Of a stretch of DNA of 38,478 nucleotides, positions 33,400 to 38,478 are shown one piece after another. Origin of the DNA: Octopus bimaculoides (Eukaryota); the NCBI RefSeq assembly GCF_001194135.2, contig NC_068983.1, positions 119,389,817 through 119,428,294 on the forward strand. The letters run 5' to 3'. The notes beneath the pieces were generated by a model, which worked only from the letters and a program-made list of their open reading frames with translations, had not been told where the DNA came from and made no database searches. The position numbers were made by a program, and so were the translations under genes. Position 1 is the stretch's first letter. Every line of letters starts with the position of its first letter.

Positions 33400-34185
33400 T
33401 GTACCCTAATTTGGTCTATTAATTTTAATCCCGTTTTTACCCACAGAGAGGGTAAGGATATACATAGGAAGTACTATTGATTTTAAGCGTCGCAATAGGG
33501 CTCATTTGAATTCTTTTCTTTTACGAACTTAAAGTATAAATTCACGACAACGCTAGCCAAATATATACACGAACTTAAGCTAAAGAATATACAATATTCA
33601 TTATCTTAGTTTATAATAGCAGAAGCCCCTCCGTATAATACAATCACGCGTGTATGTAAACTATGTATTAAAGAATCTATAAATATTCTCCGTCGATATA
33701 ACTCTACATTATTGAATAAGTTCTCGGGTACTATGTACTCTTGTAACCATCGAGACCATTCAACATTTAAGCATTTTGATAATCTGGATAGATTGATCAT
33801 TAAACTCTTTAATTCGTTACATTCCACCTAATATTTATATTCGCACCCACCATCACCTTCCTCATAGTGAATAATTACTTGCTTATAATCTACCATATTT
33901 TCTAAATTTACTTCCCAGAATTCTTGCTATAATATTTCCTCTTCCTGCTAACACGTATAGCACTTTATAAGACCAAACATCCGTTTACTCATTATGACAG
34001 TATATGAGATGTGAATCCTTAACTAATACATTCTCCCTGGTGTTTATTTTCTCTTATTCCTTTCTGCTGAAGAGCGTCGGTTCGAAACGTAAAAGACTTT
34101 CTCACTTTCCCGAGCATCAAACTAGTACATATGCTTGTTGTTCATACACCTGTCTTCGTCTTTTGTTTTTCTGTAAATTTCATAT
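33400..34185 (+). mobile_element. Penelope-like element 3' part: GIY-YIG endonuclease pseudogene + pseudo-LTR
   Basis: LVY (about 33410), YIGSTIDFKRRNRAHLNSF (YIG at 33461-33469), then after a frameshift KYKFTTTLAKYIHELKLKNIQYSLS*FIIAEAPPYNTITRVCKLCIKESINIL..LLNK..CNH. This is the characteristic PLE endonuclease C-terminus. The non-coding tail ends in a (TA)n run. Confidence 0.88.
34060..34095 (+). ncRNA. Hammerhead-like motif with variant core (CUGCUGA)
   Basis: Stem I CTTT/AAAG; core CTGCTGA; extra A; stem II GAGC-GTCG-GTTC; GAAA; palindromic ACGT stem III; GUA triplet at 34089-34091. Confidence 0.55.
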
Positions 34186-35244
34186 ATATATATATATATA
34201 NNNNNNNNNNNNNNNNNNNNNNNNNNNNNNNNNNNNNNNNNNNNNNNNNNNNNNNNNNNNNNNNNNNNNNNNNNNNNNNNNNNNNNNNNNNNNNNNNNNN
34301 NNNNNNNNNNNNNNNNNNNNNNNNNNNNNNNNNNNNNNNNNNNNNNNNNNNNNNNNNNNNNNNNNNNNNNNNNNNNNNNNNNNNNNNNNNNNNNNNNNNN
34401 NNNNNNNNNNNNNNNNNNNNNNNNNNNNNNNNNNNNNNNNNNNNNNNNNNNNNNNNNNNNNNNNNNNNNNNNNNNNNNNNNNNNNNNNNNNNNNNNNNNN
34501 NNNNNNNNNNNNNNNNNNNNNNNNNNNNNNNNNNNNNNNNNNNNNNNNNNNNNNNNNNNNNNNNNNNNNNNNNNNNNNNNNNNNNNNNNNNNNNNNNNNN
34601 NNNNNNNNNNNNNNNNNNNNNNNNNNNNNNNNNNNNNNNNNNNNNNNNNNNNNNNNNNNNNTGTGTGTGTGTGTGTGTGTGTGTGTCACTTACAACGACC
34701 ATGAGCAAGTTATTAAGTGGTTAAAAAGGTATTTTAAGAAATCATTAATATATTAATCTATGCTACATCTTCGAAAGCATAATAGAAAAATTTCATTAGA
34801 ACTTGATTTATTAAAAAATGTATGGCTATGTTTGTATGTATGTATGTATGTATGTATGTATGGATGGATGGATGGATGCATGTATGGATGGATGGATGCA
34901 TGTATGTAATACAAAATTTCAAGTCCTCTGGTGGTAAAGAAACTGCTTGTATCTCACTGCTAAAATCGATGTGTAATTATTTCGAAGAGTACCACATGGT
35001 ATAATTAAACGAAGAATGAAATTGGCACAGCTTTATTATTCGTTACAATTGTTTCTGTTCCAGTCCGTTTCTAACCACATTGCTGTAAATGATTCCTTAT
35101 GAAAAGTTACGCAGTATGAGTGGTTGAATATAATGGAGTTACACTTCATCAGATTAACAGTAAATCATGCGTTTTTGCATAGGGAGAATATTCTCTATTG
35201 CTTATGTAGGAAGGTAATATAACAATGAGTAGAAAAACAATAAT

Positions 35245-35718
35245 GATGACGAATAACTGATTGGAGGTGTTATTATGTTCATGTCTTGGTATAAAAGATG
35301 GGCTATAGTAAATAATCTACTCAATACCACAGATGTGCTTGTCGGTTGAGCATGTCTCTTAGTGGCTGACGATATGTGTATCTCTGACCACGAGCAGAAA
35401 TAGCGGGGGAGCATCACTGCCATTTGTTGAAAGGGATTCTTTATGGATTGAATAATTCACCTCTGGAAACATGTGTTTCGTTCAGCATCCTTAAACAAAC
35501 CTTATTCAGGGGCCTTCGACCTGAAGAAAATTCAAACTGGTCCCCGCCTGCAAGGTCATGCGCTGTTTATCTTGATATGAGATCCCCATGTCGTGCACAT
35601 ATGGTTGTGATGCATGTGCCTGGTGTACCTGTATCAGACGGTTAGTCATGATGGGTATACTGGGCTTCATATATTTTACTCCAGTGTCACTTTGATGACA
35701 TGCACTGCTCTCTCATTC

Positions 35719-35817
<99 letters not shown>

Positions 35818-35818
35818 T
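35245..35818 (+). mobile_element. Non-coding retroposon-like repeat ending in a long (AAT)n tail
   Basis: About 470 bp of complex, ORF-less sequence ending ..cactgctctctcattc followed by about 33 AAT units. It resembles an abundant octopus repeat as I recall it; the class is unverified. Confidence 0.55.
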
Positions 35819-35942
35819 AGAAAAGCACTCGGAGAGCTCAGACCTCCGACAAGCAGCTCATTTCCACCCATATACACGCATGCCAAAAATCGCCCAATTT
35901 CCCAAACCAACGCCGGCAAAACATAACCTCCTTGGCGGAGTT
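35817..35942. mobile_element. Miniature Helentron/HINE-like element
   Basis: It begins ACTAGAAAAGCACTCGGAGAG. Subterminal inverted repeats CTCCGACAAG (35844-35853) and CTTGGCGGAG (35931-35940) differ by one base, and the second lies in a hairpin AACCTCC-TTGGC-GGAGTT. A possible internal fragment of the same family lies at about 36310-36400. Confidence 0.5.
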
Positions 35943-36409
35943 AAAAAAAAAAAGATAACACAGCCATATGATTTTCAAAAAAAATAAACCTTTGAAAACA
36001 GGAATCACCTGAAGCAGTTATAATACATCAATGACAACAGCAAGCTAGTTTCACAGCGGTGGTGGAGGGAGCAAAGTCTGAGATTTTTTAGTCGATCCCA
36101 ATAGTCAAGGCTTGTCATGTCATCCTCCGCAGACCTCCACTAAGCAGCTTATTTTAAGATAGATACGCGAGTAAAATTACTAATAGAGAAACGAAAATAA
36201 ACTTTGGAAACAGCAACGCCATCATAGGTTAAGTGGAAACGATGAACGCGTTTTCAAGGGAGATAATCAAAGTACGTAACATTGTAATACTTCATGTAAA
36301 GTAAATATAACAAATGAAAAATCCTTCAAGAATCCGTAAAAATTCCCGGATCACTACCAAAATTTCATCATCTGTTCCTTGCGTAATTACCAACTTTACT
36401 AATTATTGA

Positions 36410-36463
36410 TTAAGAACGCGGGCTACTAACATCAAGATTCCGAGATCGATTCCAAGCAGTGAT

Positions 36464-36515
<52 letters not shown>

Positions 36516-36722
36516 TAATAATAATAATAATAATAATAATAACAGCAACAACAACAACAACAACAACAACAACATCGAAAAATACCTTAGGAATGAGAAC
36601 TCAGGTGCGAAATTTCCCCAAGACACCTGATGAAGGCTGGAGAGTATATCAACCGAAAAGTTGTATTAACAACAAACAAGATGAGGACAAACATCCGTCA
36701 GATGTGAATAATGTAAATAATG
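36410..36722 (+). mobile_element. Composite short element: tRNA-like head + (AAT)n(AAC)n + hammerhead-bearing tail
   Basis: Head gcgggctactaacatcaagattccgagatcgattcc contains an anticodon-arm-like stretch and a B-box-like GAGATCGATTCC (36442-36453). A microsatellite spans 36467-36573, and the tail carries CTGATGA..GAAA. Confidence 0.55.
36623..36666 (+). ncRNA. Degenerate type-I hammerhead-like motif
   Basis: Stem I ACAC/GTAT (1 mismatch); CTGATGA at 36627-36633; extra A; stem II GGCTG/CAACC (1 mismatch); GAAA at 36655-36658; AAGT instead of the palindromic ACGT; GUU triplet. Confidence 0.5.
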
Positions 36723-36729
36723 AACTAAG

Positions 36730-38275
36730 GAACTGTTGAAAGAGCGTATACAGTTGAAAGCCCAACAGCTTAGAAGGTATGATAAAAGAATCAAATTTTA
36801 TCGTCAAAGCAAAGTATTCAAGACAGATGCAAAGAAATTTTATAAGGAAATTAGCAAAAGTAAGATAGAGGCAAAGGAGCCTACTAAGACTGAGGAAATG
36901 GAAGAGTTTTGGAACAAGATATGGAACAACGAAAAGGAGTATAATGCTGAAGCTGACTGGATAGAACGTAAGAAAGAGAAATACTGGATGAAGAAGAGCA
37001 GAAATGGGAGACAATAGGAATAGAAAAGCTGTGTTCTTAGAAAATCTTATAAATGGAAAACCCCAGGACTGAACCGAATGCCAAACTTTTGGCTGAATTG
37101 TTTGACAGAAGTACAAGAAAATCTCGCTGCATCTCTAATTGATGTCATTCAGAACCCAGAGCAAATATCTACCTTGCTGACTGAAGGAACTACATACGTA
37201 CTACCAAAAGCTGAAGACACAAAAAACCCGAAGAACTACCGACCAATAACATGTCTCAACACCACTTACAAAATCCTCACATCTATACTAACTAAAAGAA
37301 TGCACGCTTTCCTGGAACAGAACTCTATCCTTCCAAAAGTTAACAAAGTTTGTAAAAGAAATTCTAATGGGTGCAAAGACCAGTTATTAATAAATAAAAT
37401 GACTGTAGAGAATTGCCGGAGCAAAAACAAGAACCTGAGTATGGCATGAATAGACTACAGGTAAGTATTTGACATTGTTTCACATAAATGGATACTCAAG
37501 GCGCTTGAGATATGCAAGATATACAAGAACAGTAAATGATATAAACATGTGCCAAATGAGGTACAAAACAACACCAAGGCCACAATCATCTGGTATATGC
37601 CTGTTCAAACTGACAAAGAAATAAAAGCTAATCGACATAACAATCAATGATTGGGAAAGGACACCTGTCTACTAATATACACTGCAGTCCCTTCTAATTA
37701 AAATATTGTCCAAAACGAAGTGGAGAAATGATCAAAGCACAAAGACCTTGAAATTGAAGTATTCAAGATGTGAGACATGAAGGTGAAAACAATACCAGTA
37801 ATAATTGGAGCATTGGGCATGATAAAAAAAACATATGGACAAAAACGTAGAAGTTATACCTGGATCCTCAACACTACACACTATCCAAAAAATAGCCCTG
37901 CTAAGAACAGCCCACATCCTAAGCAAGATACTATCAATTCAATAATACAACCTAAACAAAATAATCCACAAATACAAGACACACTTTATACAGCAAGTTT
38001 CCGATGAAATAAACTACAACCAGCATGCCGAATGCCCACACACAAAACACACAATACAAATGCTAATACAACAAAAGACTGCACCACACCTCATAAAACA
38101 ATGAAACTAACGCAACACAATACTGGGAAGAGTTTGCACACTCCCAACAACAAGAAAGAACACACAATGCAGTACACGGAGGTGTAGCAGGTGATGCAAT
38201 AGAAATTTGCCTGAAACTACCAAATGTTGAATAATAATAATAAGAAGAAGAACAACAACAACAACAACAACAACA
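36730..38275 (+). mobile_element. Second R4/Dong-clade element: 5'-truncated, internal deletion, intact 3' end
   Basis: LRRYDKRIKFYRQ..FWNKIW, PNFWL..LTEGTTYVLPK..YRPITCL..KDQLLINK..IDYR.VFD. At about 37530 it jumps to RLE-domain motifs IW..PVQTDKEIKANR, KHKDLEIE, VKTIPVIIGALG and TAHIL. The 3' UTR ends in (AAT)n(AAG)n(AAC)n. Confidence 0.9.
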
Positions 38276-38277
38276 AT

Positions 38278-38474
38278 AACCCTTTCTGCTATAAGCACAA
38301 AGCCTGAAATTTTGGGGAAGTGGGGCCAGTCGATTAGATCGACCTCAGTACGCAACTGGTACTTAATTTATCGATCTCGAAAGGATGAAAGGCAAAGTCG
38401 ACCTCGCCAGAATTTGAACTCAGAACGTAGCGACGGGAGAAATACCGCTAAGCATTTCTGCCAGCTCACCGCCT
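38278..38474 (-). mobile_element. SINE family B
   Basis: Reverse complement of the 10450-10662 family, with a small deletion in the head. Confidence 0.88.
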
Positions 38475-38478
38475 TAAA

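Larger units (their letters stand above)
3545..34661. other. Assembly N-gaps (this span covers all nine)
   Basis: 3545-3554, 4818-5132, 5947-6315, 7638-7983, 8670-9282, 21557-22166, 27861-28597, 29936-30173, 34201-34661. Most abut microsatellites. All X-containing ORFs in the track are artefacts. Confidence 0.99.

Noticed and set aside
1-38478. CRISPR arrays, operons or prokaryotic systems
   Set aside because: There is no repeat-spacer periodicity, and all recognisable content is metazoan TE and microsatellite DNA.

Overview
Eukaryotic, AT-rich, repeat-dominated genomic DNA with nine N-gaps, most flanked by microsatellites. The SINE families look like those of Octopus (recalled from memory, not searched). 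I found no intact host CDS, rRNA, genuine tRNA gene or CRISPR array; most ORF-track entries are microsatellite or N-gap artefacts or TE remnants. The window is a mosaic of decayed transposons. DNA transposons: Tigger/pogo, mariner, maT/DD37D, two hAT MITEs, Helitron- and Helentron-like pieces and a possible Academ XPG/PIN remnant. Retroelements: two Tx1/L1-like, two R4/Dong, two RTE pieces, Penelope-like (PLE) ends and at least four SINE-like families. The most interesting signals are: (1) three unrelated minimal type-I hammerhead-ribozyme-like motifs (28.83, 34.06, 36.63 kb), two directly downstream of PLE GIY-YIG endonuclease remnants; (2) one of them lies in a short composite of tRNA-like head + (AAT)n + hammerhead tail, a candidate PLE-mobilised or self-cleaving SINE; (3) a motif-dense promoter-like island at about 8.05-8.33 kb; (4) a head-to-head plus tandem triplet of a tRNA-SINE that forms a long inverted repeat.
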